Origin: Cenococcum geophilum
Lineage: Eukaryota
Direction: 5' to 3'
DNA: 64,000 nucleotides
Assembly (NCBI GenBank): GCA_050273025.1
Contig: CP158635.1
Span: 10,478,001-10,542,000 of the forward strand
How positions within the stretch are numbered: the first letter of the stretch is position 1; each line of letters starts with the position of its first letter. Under the pieces are notes generated by a model that was given only the letters and a program-made list of their open reading frames with translations, searched no databases and was not told where the DNA came from. Both the position numbers and the translations under genes were made by a program. Positions 50,608-64,000 of this stretch are shown here, in pieces.

Positions 50608-51492
50608 ATGTCTACCTCAGTCCCAGCCGCAGCCAGCACGGCTAGTGAGGATATGACCATTCCTATATCATCTTCTAAGCTTTTGGAAGGATTAGAAGAT
50701 AAAGTTCAGTTGTTTTTGGGAATTACTGATATGCGAAAAGTTGTCGATTCGCGTACTAAAGATTTGCAAGCCGGTAGAACAACAGATCAATATCTTGTTT
50801 TCAAGCCCGTTACGACAGATAACCGCGACGAAATCGACAATAAGATAGGGCAGCACTGGCGGAAGACTCATTGCATCGATTCAGACACGTTAATAGTTAA
50901 ACTCATGCCCCTATTGAGGCATGAGTTCGCCCACCGTAGTTTTGGCGACCTATTGAAGGAGCAGAGACTTTTAATGGGAATTTCAAGATCTCAACTTGCC
51001 GATGTTGGTGGAACAACGTATCATGGACATTTCGTATCCAAAGAAGCCGACACAGCTTTTAAGCCTCTTACTCACCGACCAAATCCGGCAGATTGGCCAA
51101 TAATCGTTTTCGAGGCCGGAGTCTCTGAATCACTAAGCCAGCTTAAGAATGATGCAAGATGGTGGCTGAGCAATTCTGGAGGTCAGGTAAAGATTGTTCT
51201 GATTTTCTCAATACAAGCAGGATCAAGAACAATACAGATTGAAAAGTGGGAGACTAGACCTGCAACTGGACGCACAACTCGATCAAACCAGCCACCGGCA
51301 CAAGTTCCGAGACAAATACAACAAATTGTTATTGATCCGAATAATGTTGCCGGAGCGCCCCTAATTCTGCACTTTCACTTGATCTTTCTCCGCGCGATTA
51401 ATCAAAACGCTGTACCGCCGGAACATGACTTCACATTTAGTGCGCAAGACCTTCGAGATTGGGCAAATGACTTCTGGAACGTCGCAGTGTAG
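50608..51492 (+). CDS. PD-(D/E)XK / Uma2-like restriction-endonuclease-fold protein (Crinkler-type REase-like)
   Basis: LIVKLMP...HE, KEADTAFKP, WPIIVFEAGVSESLSQLKNDARWWL; CCACCATG at 50608; putative 5'UTR intron 50530-50594; CDS intronless. Confidence 0.75.
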   Translation: MSTSVPAAASTASEDMTIPISSSKLLEGLEDKVQLFLGITDMRKVVDSRTKDLQAGRTTDQYLVFKPVTTDNRDEIDNKIGQHWRKTHCIDSDTLIVKLMPLLRHEFAHRSFGDLLKEQRLLMGISRSQLADVGGTTYHGHFVSKEADTAFKPLTHRPNPADWPIIVFEAGVSESLSQLKNDARWWLSNSGGQVKIVLIFSIQAGSRTIQIEKWETRPATGRTTRSNQPPAQVPRQIQQIVIDPNNVAGAPLILHFHLIFLRAINQNAVPPEHDFTFSAQDLRDWANDFWNVAV

Positions 51493-51848
51493 GGAGTTGA
51501 GGGAGCTAGAGATTATTGCCGAGACTGGAGAGGTGGTTGATGCGATCAAAAAGGACATCTGCGTTGGGAGTGAGGCTTGGGGCTTGAGCAAAATTCAGAG
51601 CTGGCTGTTTAGGGCCAGCTGTCTTGAGCTCCTTAGCTAAAATATGGCGGCCTAAGTAAAATGTTAGATCCAAAGGAAAGCACTAGGGCGTAGGACACAA
51701 AAATTTCTTCGTGTGAACTCAGGCTCAACTTATTTAAGCACACGGTCATTCATGTCCATACCCTGGTGACTTATTTGTAACGCTAAGTAAATGCTTCTTC
51801 AAACAGCTTGCTTCTTCAAACAGCTAAGCTTACCAAGCAAGTTATATC

Positions 51849-54655
51849 TCAGCTAGCACTTAGATGAGGCTGCCTAGATCCTTCGTGCGAGCTTGACGGT
51901 CGCTCATCTCTGAACTCAGTCAGATTTTCTAGCTCCGTCATTCTCAGTGCTTCTCCAACAGAGCTAACAAAATGACCACGGCCACCACACATTTCGACGA
52001 TCCCAGATGCTGCAAATAATCGCCACACTGGGCTACGCTCGCTAGGTACTCTGCAGAAGAACACGCGTACGCCTCTTAAGCAGTAAGATTGCACAATTTC
52101 ATATAAAACCTGTGTACCGGCTCCATCCAAGCTAGTAACACCATGAACGTCAAATATGATATTCTTGTTATGCCCTTTCCTTACTCGAGGAAGTGCGGGG
52201 TGTGCAGCGTTCGTCCCATGATCTTCGAGTCTCCGTAATCTATTCCTTAGATCGCCTGTATTGGCGAATGTAAGTGGTTCCGGAATCTTCACAATTAAGC
52301 ACCCCTCGATAAACTCTAATTGTCCCGGATCCAATTCCGCGTTGGAAAACTTATCCGTAGTGCCCGGTACGCGTCCCAGGATCTGGATTCGCGGTCGAGT
52401 ACTGTGGCGGATGAGCCGAAGAATGGATAGCCCGATGCCGACGGCAATGCCCCTCTTAATATCCCAGAATACAGTGGCAGCGAAGATTACCAGTATGAGG
52501 ATTAGCTCGGACCAGCCACGTATCCGCCAGAAGAAGCGGAGGTCATTTGGGGCTTCCTCTACCAGCGAGTATGCCACAACTGAAATCATAGCACTGAGAA
52601 CTCCTTTCTGTACAGAGGTCAGCTAGTTTCTTGCAGGGCAAATTGTGTATGAACATGACGGACTTACTGGTAAGTAGTAGAAATACGGTAGTAAGAAGAA
52701 TATGCAGACCAAGGTGATGATACTTAAAAAGATGCTGCTCATCGGTGTTGTCCCGCCAGTCGACGCGTTGACTTTGCTCCTTCCATATCCACCAAATGCT
52801 GGTAGTGCCATGAACAGACCGCCAGCAAGATTGGCGGCTCCCAGCGCAATAAGTTCGCGATTAGCACTAAGGGTGATATTATGGATACCGTCTTTCTGGC
52901 TGTCCTTGGGTCCAAGGCTCTTTGCAGCCACGGATGACTCGAAGAATCCAAGTAGCGCGATGATGAGAGCAGTATTTAAAGCATCTGATGCGTACTTCAG
53001 GTGTGATACCTCGAACGGGAAATGCACGGCGAAAGGTTTGCCGCTTCCCTTGATCTCGCCGAGGACACTGAGCCCTTGTTGATCCCAGCCAAATTTCCAA
53101 GTAAGAATAGCGGATAAAACAACGACGGCAAAGCGGTCCGGCACATAAGCCACGGATGGATACCTAGGCTGTAACTTTTTTTTAATACTCCTATTTTTAC
53201 AAAATCAGTGTTTGGTCGCCAGCCAAGTGGTGAAATGCTTACCTAGACGCCATGATAATAGCAAACGATCCAAATGAAACGGCGCAGGTCAGACCATGAG
53301 TGGCCCTGATATTGTTGCACAAAAACATGATTTTGTCCAGACAGCTCCCATGAGTAACTTCACCAACCTCAGATGCCAACCTACTGAGACCCATCTCAGG
53401 AATTAGTTGATCCACAAAGATAACAACTCCGATAGCGCTGATGAATCCTCTCAAGAACGGCCGACTCAAGACGCTGTCTAAGAAACCAAGCCTAAACAAG
53501 CCAGCGCTGAATATGAAGCCACCAGCCATGCAAGTGATTATTCCAGCGATTTCCGCATTCCTAGAGTCATTGTCATCCCCTGTCGTGCCCTTCCTAATAT
53601 TCTCTCGAACCGCCTCTCCGGTAAGAAGAGATCCCGCAGCTTCGGGCCCAACAACCATTTGAGGGCAGGTACCGAGGATCGCGTATATTATCGGGTTGAA
53701 CACGAAACTATAGAGACCGTTGATCGGAGGTATATGGCCAAGGTTTGAGGCGAGAGAGAGCGACATGGGAATGTAGAATGAAGCCACTGTCAAGGCTGCG
53801 ATAAGATCTCCACGCAAATAAGACAGTTTATACTGTGGCATCCAATTGAAGATTGGAATATAATATGCCAAATACCTGGAAAGTGGCAAAGTATTAGCAG
53901 TGAGTTTACCCATCGCAAACGACTACGCTTGTGATGCATGGTTGACACATACGAAGGATATGCGAAGGAGATACACACATTACTTTTTGGTGCTTGATGC
54001 CGTGCTGATTCGCAAGAAACCGCGTCGTGCTCATTTTGTTCCCTGTCCCACCTCCGAGCAGTCCATCTGCAATGGCATCCCCAAGAAGTGCATGCGTAGG
54101 GTCGGCACTACCACCAGGTCCGCCACCAAGCCCTCTGGGATATCGACCTCCAAACCCATCTCGAGACACGTCAGAGCCAATACTGCCATAGCTCCTGTGT
54201 GTAGCAGGTCTAGGAGAAAATGTTCCATGGTTGCAATGCTCCGACCCGCATCCTGACGCTTGATCCCAATCCTTATGGCTCAAAAGCCGCGTCTTTGACT
54301 CCGAGTCCACATCTATTGTGGCGCCTATATTTTCTGCAGGAACTTTGCCGTCGTTGGAATGGACGGAAGCACGGTCTGGCGCTGGGCGGATTCCATCGCT
54401 CTCAAACTCAGGCTCTCGGAGTTGGCCCTGAGAGTTGCTTGACGCTTCGGCTTCATTATGCCCAAGTCGCCGGGACATTGTTTCTTTAGGAGATGGAGAG
54501 CCTTCGGAAGGGACATAGGATTCCCTCAGCTGGCTAGGATTCGCCGGAACATGAAGAGGATTGAGTTTGTTGCTTGCTGTCGACGACTTGCGATGTACAT
54601 GGGGAGCTTCTGACGATGAGACTGTTCCCGTTGGTTGAGGAGGCTTTGGAGGCAT
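51849..54655 (-). CDS. SulP/SLC26 anion (sulfate) transporter with STAS domain
   Basis: GDLIAALTVA, INGLYS, GPEAAGSLL, NRELIALG.AN, FGGYGRS, PEPLTFAN, IIFDVHGVTSLDG; three introns. Confidence 0.95.
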
Positions 54656-55058
54656 TGTGGCTCAAAGACAAGCTTTGGCAGACTAGCTTAAGCTCAACGA
54701 GTCGTTATTGCTTTTGCTCCTCGTGTGTTGGATGACCCCCACAAACGAAATTCATAACTAAACAGGGGCAGAAGTCTACAAGAAAGATGGGAATAAGTAA
54801 AGGATAACTAAAGGTGTGGAATGGGTTGCTTGAGACATTGGCCCGTCCTGGACTTGTGTGGTCATGTTGTTTCTCCACGTGCCGTGAGATTATCTCAGGT
54901 TCATATTATGCAATTCCGTCATAAAATTCTGCCAAGGAGGTGCTGTGCGCAAGCGATCTAGCCAATCAGAGCACGTGCGAGGCAATTCCTCTCCGAGGGT
55001 CTGAGAAAATGCACCCTTGCACCTTATAGTTTCCTCATGCTTTTAAGGTAGAACTTCC

Positions 55059-55159
55059 CCACTATAACTTATTTTCCCCTAAGATTGGGTAAGCTACTTC
55101 TTAGCTATAACTAATAAGAAGTAGCTTACCAAATCTTAGGGAAAAATAAGTTATGGTGG
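55059..55159. repeat. Foldback (hairpin) element
   Basis: ~45-bp arms CCACTATAACTTATTTTCCCCTAAGATT.GGTAAGCTACTTCTTA and reverse complement, short loop. Confidence 0.85.
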
Positions 55160-55399
55160 TAAAATGCGATTAAGGTTCCGATACATCTGGTTAGGTTAGC
55201 CTGGTTTCAAAAAATGCATTTTTAAACTTTAAGGCCATATATCGACCCCTAATACGTAGGCTAGCTAATTAAATTACTTAGGATATATAAGAAGAAGAGG
55301 TTGTAATTTAAATGCATTAACAACTGTAGCTATAGCTGCTAAATTGGCCCTATTATGGCTGGTTAAAAATAACATACGTTGAAAAAGTGGCCCGGCTTA

Positions 55400-55529
55400 T
55401 CCCTTGACCCGTCGGCGTGCGTCCAACGTTATCGATAAGGACCTAGCCAATAAGAAGCTCTTGTTCAACCTGATTCTTACGCGTTCCTGTCTGTGCGGCC
55501 TTGGCGTTGGACGCAGACGGGTCAAGGGA
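55400..55529. mobile_element. MITE family A, short copy
   Basis: TIR TCCCTTGACCCGTC/GACGGGTCAAGGGA, TA flanks; shares GTTATCGATAAG..CTAGCCAAT with the 24361 copy. Confidence 0.8.
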
Positions 55530-55765
55530 TAGCAAGCACGCGCCCATAATCTCTCAGACGCTGCGTAGAGGATTTTGTTGGGTCGCGTGGAGCTGAGAAT
55601 TAGTAAGAAGTTATGCAAAGGGGCGGGCCTGCCAATCATCTACGAAGCGGCTGAGGCACCTGAGATAAGTGAGAAGCACACATGAACGCTGATCAAAGCT
55701 CTCCCCGGCTCCGAAATTCGAATGGAAGCGGTGTGCAGCCCCAGTGGCAGAAAAATGTGGTGATG

Positions 55766-55771
55766 GAGTCA
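55766..55771 (-). promoter_or_regulatory. Possible Gcn4/CpcA site (TGACTC) upstream of LYS1
   Basis: GAGTCA ~190 bp upstream of the ATG of an amino-acid biosynthesis gene; a hexamer alone is weak evidence. Confidence 0.35.
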
Positions 55772-55865
55772 TAATTTCTAATTGCGCGCCCGCAAAGCTA
55801 AATAACTCAATCAATTACATTTCAATTCCATGTTGCTTCTTGTTTCCTGTCTCTCACGATCGTGA

Positions 55866-57441
<1,576 letters not shown>

Positions 57442-57678
57442 TTGGCATCAGACGTATTCGGCTTGTAGGATACCCCAAAAGTCTGAACATTAGCTTAGAT
57501 AAAAGCCTCGCAGTTATCAAGAAATATATCTACATCGCAAAACTCCGAGTGACCCGCGCTTTCTAAGAGTCGACATTCTTGCCATATTATATATGTTAGA
57601 TTTTCGAGGATAATGCAACTCCAATCCAATCAATCTAAGGGAGAAGTAATTTGTCTTACACTTGAGGTAAACCCCAAG

Positions 57679-58044
57679 CAGTGAGGTTACCCATATCCAA
57701 TATTGATTAACGATTATTGAATATTGAATATTTTATATATATATGGTAGTATTTTACCGTTTTACCTGGTCATATACATAAAATTAGGGTATACTATAGG
57801 TCGCAGTATAGATAATAGGTAGAAAATAGGTAAAAGGCATATAAGGGAGGGAAAAGAGGTAGGGGGAGGGGGGAGCATTGTGTCTAAATGCCTGTGCACG
57901 GATCCTTCTTTATCACGTGTTTCAATTTTGTATGGAGGCTTGACTCAATATTCAATATTCAATAAAATGTTCAATATAAGTTGGCGGTTCAATATCAATA
58001 TCAATACGCCCTCATATTGATATTGAATATAGAATACCTCACTG
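57679..58044. mobile_element. Non-autonomous hAT-type element
   Basis: TIR CAGTGAGGT/ACCTCACTG; 8-bp TSD ACCCCAAG/ACCCTAAG; many subterminal ATATTGA/TCAATAT repeats. Confidence 0.85.
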
Positions 58045-58729
58045 ACCCTAAGGTATACCTTGCATTAGGATTTATGGTGCACCAGCTTCTAATCTCACAC
58101 ATATCATGCTCTTTTTATGCTTTCGTCTCGGATAGGGTTTTGCGCGAATTATTAGCAGTGCTAGGATGAATACTTCTATCTTGAGTCAGACTGACACCTG
58201 CTCACGAGTCATGCCTGTCTTGCCAGCCGACAACCACCAAACGTTACCTTGACTCCAACTAACCATACTCTCGTTCCTTTCTATAACCTTAAAAAGCATT
58301 GTTAGACTAACAGAATATGTACGCTTAGAATAATGGCCACGGCAACCGCTTCGAATCGCTCTTTCTGTCCATATCTTCCTCTAGAGCTCTAGATTCGGAT
58401 TCTTTCCAGCTACTATGATCCTAATCATCTTTGGTCAATATGCCGCCAAGTTTCACCAACCCTCTAAGCTTACATCGGGCGGGTTTTCGCCGCGAAATAT
58501 CTTCGGCGGGCACATTGATTTTGATTCTGAAAAGCATAACCTTGGCGGCAAGAATCGCCGGCCAGAAGTACCGACGTCATTTCATCGATTCCTAAAGGAT
58601 AAGGCTCGGGCATATTTCAGGGACAAGAGAATGGATGATTCCTTCAATTCTAAGGAAGCCCTAGAGGCTAGAATGACACACTGGAATCATTAGATGAAAG
58701 AGAACAGTAAAGAATGCCCTCATTACAGT

Positions 58730-61700
58730 ATATATATTTTGGCCTAAAGATTTAATTTAAATATAGTAGGGAAGGTTAGTATACTCCTATCTAAGCACTA
58801 TTATTGTAATTATTTAAACAGTATATTAGTAATATAAAACCTAGTATTAAAAAATAGATATCCTATGCGCCGTTAAGAAAGGCGTATATCCCTTATAATG
58901 GTAGGGTCTATATAGGTTAAGGGAGAAAAGAAGATATAAGCGTTTAGGCTAAGTATATAGGGCAGTTATAGATCCTATAAGATATTATAGGACACCCCTA
59001 TAATATCCATAATATACCTACCTGTTTCCACTAACTTAGTAATTAGAGCCGATTACAAAACCGCAATCTATGGCAATCTATAGCAATCTGCTATATTCTG
59101 CTATATTCTACCAAGTCTATTAAACCCTATTAAGTTCTACTAGGACCGCTACCTAAATCCTACTTTATCCTATATACGTATTAACTAAGCAACTAAGTTA
59201 ATAATATATACCTTTTCTCCCTATCTTTTTTTAAAAACCTTCTTTTCTTATATAACGTCTTAACTTTATAATATAGTTTATATATATAGCTTAATAATAT
59301 CTACTTCGCTATATATTATTATCGCTTATACTTACTCTATAATATAGAAATATTATACTAAAAAGGGTAGCCGCTAGAGATCTTAATAGAGATCTAACTA
59401 ATTAAATAGCCTTAACTAGCGGCTAAAGTTTCTAGATACTAAAGTATATATAGTACTAGTAGAAAACAGCAGAACTTAGTGTAACGAACTCGGTCATCGA
59501 GGCGCTAAACAGCAACGAAGGCGTGTAGGCCTGTACGATTGTATTGGTCCTATACGAGAATATCAAACTAAGGAGAAGAAGAAGGTCGTAAAACTGACAC
59601 GTCTATATACACGCGCCAAGGCGTAAGCGAACCCCTAACTAGGTGACGCGTATCAGCGCCGTAACACTTAGTAGAATTTAGTAAAACTAGAGCTTTAAAG
59701 CATTTTGTCCCTATACTCTTTTAATAGCTTATTATCTTTATTATACTATCATTCCATCTACTTATTTAAGTACTTTAAAAGTCTAAATAAGTAAGGGTAA
59801 TATTTATAAAACTCTTTAAGCTTTTAGAAATAGCCTATAAAGTTCTATATAGGGTACTAGATTAAGTTTAAATTATAGCCCTTCTATTAGATACGGTATT
59901 TTAGTATTCCCTATATTACCTTACTAACTAGTATACCTTCTACCTTTTATTTATTATCGTTATTAACTTAAATTAGTAGGGGAGGTTAATTCTTTAGTTA
60001 TAACGGGACTAGCCTAGTTACAGTAGGAATATCTCAGTAAAACACTTAATAGATAAATTCTACCAAGTTCTACCAACTCAATTAAATTCTACCAACACGA
60101 ACGTTTTAGTAAAATTAACACTTAATTAAATTCTGCCGAATTCCGCTAGCTTAATTAACTTCTGCTAAGTTCTGCCAGATTCTACTAAAGTCTATTAAAG
60201 ACTGCGCGTATGCGTGCGTATATACGCACGCATTAACTACCAAGACCCCTAACTATTTAATTATAAGATTCTCGCGTTATTCCTTTCTCTTCTTTATATA
60301 ACGTCTTATTCTTAACAAGAGCTATATACCCTTAAATTTAGATAAAATTTATATTATTCCTTTAAATCTTCCCTAAAGTCTCTTCGCGCCCTTATATTAC
60401 ATTATATTAAAATAACTACTATTAAAATAGTAAAACAAACTTAAACCCCTTGCGTTAACTATAAGCATTATAGCCCTAGTTAAGAAACAGTTAACTATAA
60501 TACAACAGTCCTTTATAGATGCCTTAGCCTAATAGTAAGCGATATTATAAGCTTAGCACTAGCAATTAATAGGAGCAATTTATAAAGAACTCCGTAACCT
60601 TAAAGCACTTACGTTAAAGACCCTAATAGTAATACCTATAAATAAAATTAAAATAACTATATATAAACCTAACCTATTAAATATAAACCCCAAACTAGTA
60701 ATAATAGCTTAATTTATACCTATAATAAACCTAGTACCTATTATAAAACCTAAAAAGCTCCCTAACCCTCTAATATTTAATAAAAATAAAAATAACTTAT
60801 ATCCCTTTATAACTAAGCTCCGTCTTAAACTTTTAATAAACTATAACTAATACCCTACTAAAGCTAGTAAGATTAGCTATAGAATATCTTATTTAAGTAA
60901 AGACGCTGCACGAACTATAGACCCATTCTTCTATAATAGCACCTTTATTAATTTTAAAATCTTTATCTCTCTATTAAAACGAATATATAATAACACTAGC
61001 TATAAATACACAGCTGTTACTAAACTTAAGAACCTATAATAACGGAACCGAGACTTTACTAGCTTCTTTTTAGAATTTTTAGGCCTTATTAGTAAACTAA
61101 ATTAAAATAAAGCCGCTAAAGTTACTACTCTTCGTTCAGCTATTTTAGATAAAATTAAAGTATAGTTAGTAGGTAGAGAACTACCAAAGGATTTACCCAA
61201 ATTTACTATAATATATTAATAAATTAATAAGGACCTTTAATATAATAAATAAACTTATTCCCTAAAGCTAATTATACCTTATTATATTTAAAACTTTATA
61301 AAACTAGTATATACCCTAAAGCGCGATCCGTCTCTAAGACCTAAAAGTCCTATATACGACCCTATGGACCTTAACGCCACTTAATCCTATATACCCTTAG
61401 GAGCTAATAAATAAAGAATATAAGCCGTAAATAGAGAAGGCTTTAGATGTGGTGAAAAGGGATATATTTAAAGGAATTGCCGAACTTACCCTTTTAAAAA
61501 GGTCCGCCGTAGTTCCTTTTAGTCTTTAAATTGTACTTATTTTATAAATTATATTTAGTCACTATAAAGTATCTCTCCTTTAGTTAACTTAGAAAACAAA
61601 TTATCTTAAAGCTAAGTCGCGCCTTAGAATAAGAAGTAGAAGAGTATAAATATCTAGGCTCTTTCTACGCTAATATATAACGTAACTCCCTTAATATACT

Positions 61701-62500
61701 TAGTAAAGTTTAAATACTTAGAAAATAGAAAGAAGTATAAATTCTAATAGATAGCAGAGCTGCTAGTATAGGCTTTATTAATACAAACTATACAAAAACC
61801 TAATACCTAAATTTAAAACGACTTAATTAGCTATAAGGCCTGCGAGGCTTTAATAGTAAACCCTTAATATATAGTAAACTAACGCACTACACTCTTATAA
61901 AGTTATAGATAGGTAAATACCTTAAATATATCCCCCTATTTATATCCCCCTTGAAGCAATATAAGATAATACTTAAATATAAATAGCTAAAGCGACACAA
62001 CCCTTTAATTAGTTAGGTTAAAGAAATACTAAAGTTTATATAACCTACTGCTGAAGTTATTACTTAAAATATTACTTACCCTACAAACATATATATAACT
62101 ATTTAAATTTAATAAGATATAAATTACCCTTACTATAAACCCTAAACTAATATAATAAAGCTATAACTGCTAATCGCGGTAAAGAACGCGAAGATATTAC
62201 GCTAAAACCTCTTAAAATTCGCGCGATATAAGCTATACCTTTTATTTTATTAGCAAGAAAATAAAACTTATAAAATCTTTACTATAATAATAGAAGATAT
62301 TAAGAAAGCACTAAAACCAAAGTAGTATATTAACCCTTAACCTCTTATATCTAAAGAGTACCACAATCTAATTAATAAGTTTAAAAAACAATTTATAAAC
62401 TAACTACCCCCGCACTAAGATAAGCACAATTTTAAGATAGAACTTAAGCCTAGTATAACACTAAAGTTCGGTCCGCTATACGGTATATTATAAGAAAAAC
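58730..62500 (+). mobile_element. RIP-degraded Gypsy remnants (gag, protease), truncated by a LINE
   Basis: Very TpA-rich; KLP(D)P ~60760; knuckle FRCGEKG(H)I.RNC ~61440-61480; LIDS(G)A ~61745; FGPLY ~62470. Left boundary approximate. Confidence 0.8.
59480..59666 (-). repeat. Solo LTR (187 bp)
   Basis: TGTAAC...GTAACA with perfect 5-bp TSD CTTAG (59475-59479 and 59667-59671). Confidence 0.9.
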
Positions 62501-62502
62501 TG

Positions 62503-64000
62503 CAGCCACAGCCTTTACCACACATGCAACCTTACCAAAAGGTAGCGCCACACTCTAAAACTTACGCATACCCATCTTACCATCAAAAACAATCGATTTT
62601 CTAACTTTCAAGACCTAATTCCTACTGCCTAGCGAGCTAGAGGTGGATTTATTTATCGTTTTACCCCCTTTTCCCAACAGAAAAATTTCTCTAAGGGTGG
62701 CCCTAGCTTATAAGCGAGGCACGGACAGGAACACCAAAACTACTACCACTACCACTAATACCAAAACTACAAAATAGGGGCTAGTTTCTCTACTACCTCT
62801 TAGCCTAATCTCCCCAGAAATCTTCTAGTAGGATTAGTAAGGAGAAAGGGTATAAGGATAGTAGGAAACCCCCCTATAAAATGCCGAAGCCAAAGCCTGG
62901 TAGGCCAAAAAAAAAACCTCCTTTAGAAATAAGTGATCATCAGTCTGATATATTCACCTTTTCTCTCCCCTCTTCTTCTTCTTCTAGCCTATTTAGGGCA
63001 GGAGAAAAAAGAGGACATCCTCAGTCTTCTCCTGAAAATGAAAACCAAAACCAAAACCAAAAACCTGCAAAAAAGATAACAAAATCGACGACTACTATGG
63101 ATAGTATGCCTAGCATACCTTTCCCTCCCCTTTCTCCAAAACAACACCTACAAAAAGCTCTAGAAAGCCTAACTCAGGCCTATAAAGGGCTAGAAGAAGA
63201 AGAAAAAGAAGAAAAAGAACAAGTTAAACAGCTAGAAGACTATACACGGAGTATCCTAGCAGGAGAAACCCCCTTTATACAAGGAAAAGAAAAGGCAAAA
63301 GATGTCCTACAAGGACTAGTAGAAGAAGTAAGAGCTCTCCGTAAGGAGGTAGCTCCTACGAAAGAAACTTACGTAGAGAGGCTAAAGAAAGGCCTCACTT
63401 CTTCGTCCTCCCCACCCTCCTCCTTATTATCATTACCACCACCACCTTCTACCCCTTCTAGTAGGAGTTTTACTTCTACTAGAAGTAGGAAAAAGCAGCT
63501 ATAAGAAAGAAAGCTAGTCCTAATTATAGACGAAAAGGACCAACCTTTAGATACCTTCTTTATACGGAATAAAGTCAACCAACTATTTGCATTAAAACTG
63601 CAAGTAAAAAAGCCAGTACTAGCGTCTATAGCTAGAACTAAAGGAAAACAAAATATTCTCCTTATGACTACGGAAGAGTATAATGCGGATTTCCTAGTTA
63701 AATATAAGGAAATCTGGCATAACTGCTTTACCTTTTAAAGAGAACAAAAACTGGAACCATGGGTTCAAATTATAGCCCATGGGGTTCCTACCCTACCTTT
63801 CCTAGGAGAAGGAGGCTCTAAGCTTCTAAAAGAAGAAATTGAGACCTTTAATCCTATAAGGATACAAGGACTACCTAAATGGATCTTATCTAGTGTAAAA
63901 AGACACGATCCACAGACCAGATTTAGCTCTATAGTTTTTACTATAGAGAGCGAAGAAAAAAGACAAGAAATCCTTAAGCAAAAAGAGATATCAATTGCAG
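62503..64000 (+). mobile_element. Tad1-like LINE 5'UTR and ORF1 (from 62881), runs off the window
   Basis: ORF1 continues past a single TAA at 63502; PWVQIIAHGVP, EEIETFN, LPKW, SSIVF motifs typical of fungal LINE ORF1. Confidence 0.8.

Noticed and set aside
51792..51825. 17-bp tandem duplication TGCTTCTTCAAACAGCT
   Set aside because: Real, but most simply replication slippage in a 3' region.
58167..58730. Gene fragment before the right TE block
   Set aside because: No recognisable domain or consistent exon chain.

Overview
Genomic DNA of a filamentous ascomycete (spliceosomal introns, strong RIP signature); the species cannot be determined from this window. 1-20.4 kb is a RIP-degraded nest of transposons: a Copia-like element interrupted by a complete chromodomain Gypsy (both LTRs and 5-bp TSD) and by a minisatellite-filled, possibly Helitron-like element; the Copia abuts a second Gypsy that carries a 5'-truncated LINE. 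21.8-57.4 kb is a gene island: Fungal_trans_2-type regulator, HotDog thioesterase, CYP7/8-like P450, AKR7-like reductase, CTK2-like cyclin, MYND protein, MDR oxidoreductase, F-box protein, GH71 alpha-1,3-glucanase, NAD(P)-binding protein, truncated JEN1-like transporter, PD-(D/E)XK-like nuclease, SulP transporter and LYS1, with many MITEs in the intergenic spaces. 57.7-64 kb returns to TE remnants (hAT-type MITE, solo LTR, Gypsy, LINE ORF1). Best candidates for new biology: a nuclease gene between direct repeats at the JEN1 breakpoint, a spliced antisense Cys6 gene inside the Gypsy, and the asymmetric-IR minisatellite element. All calls come from reading the sequence by eye; no searches were run.
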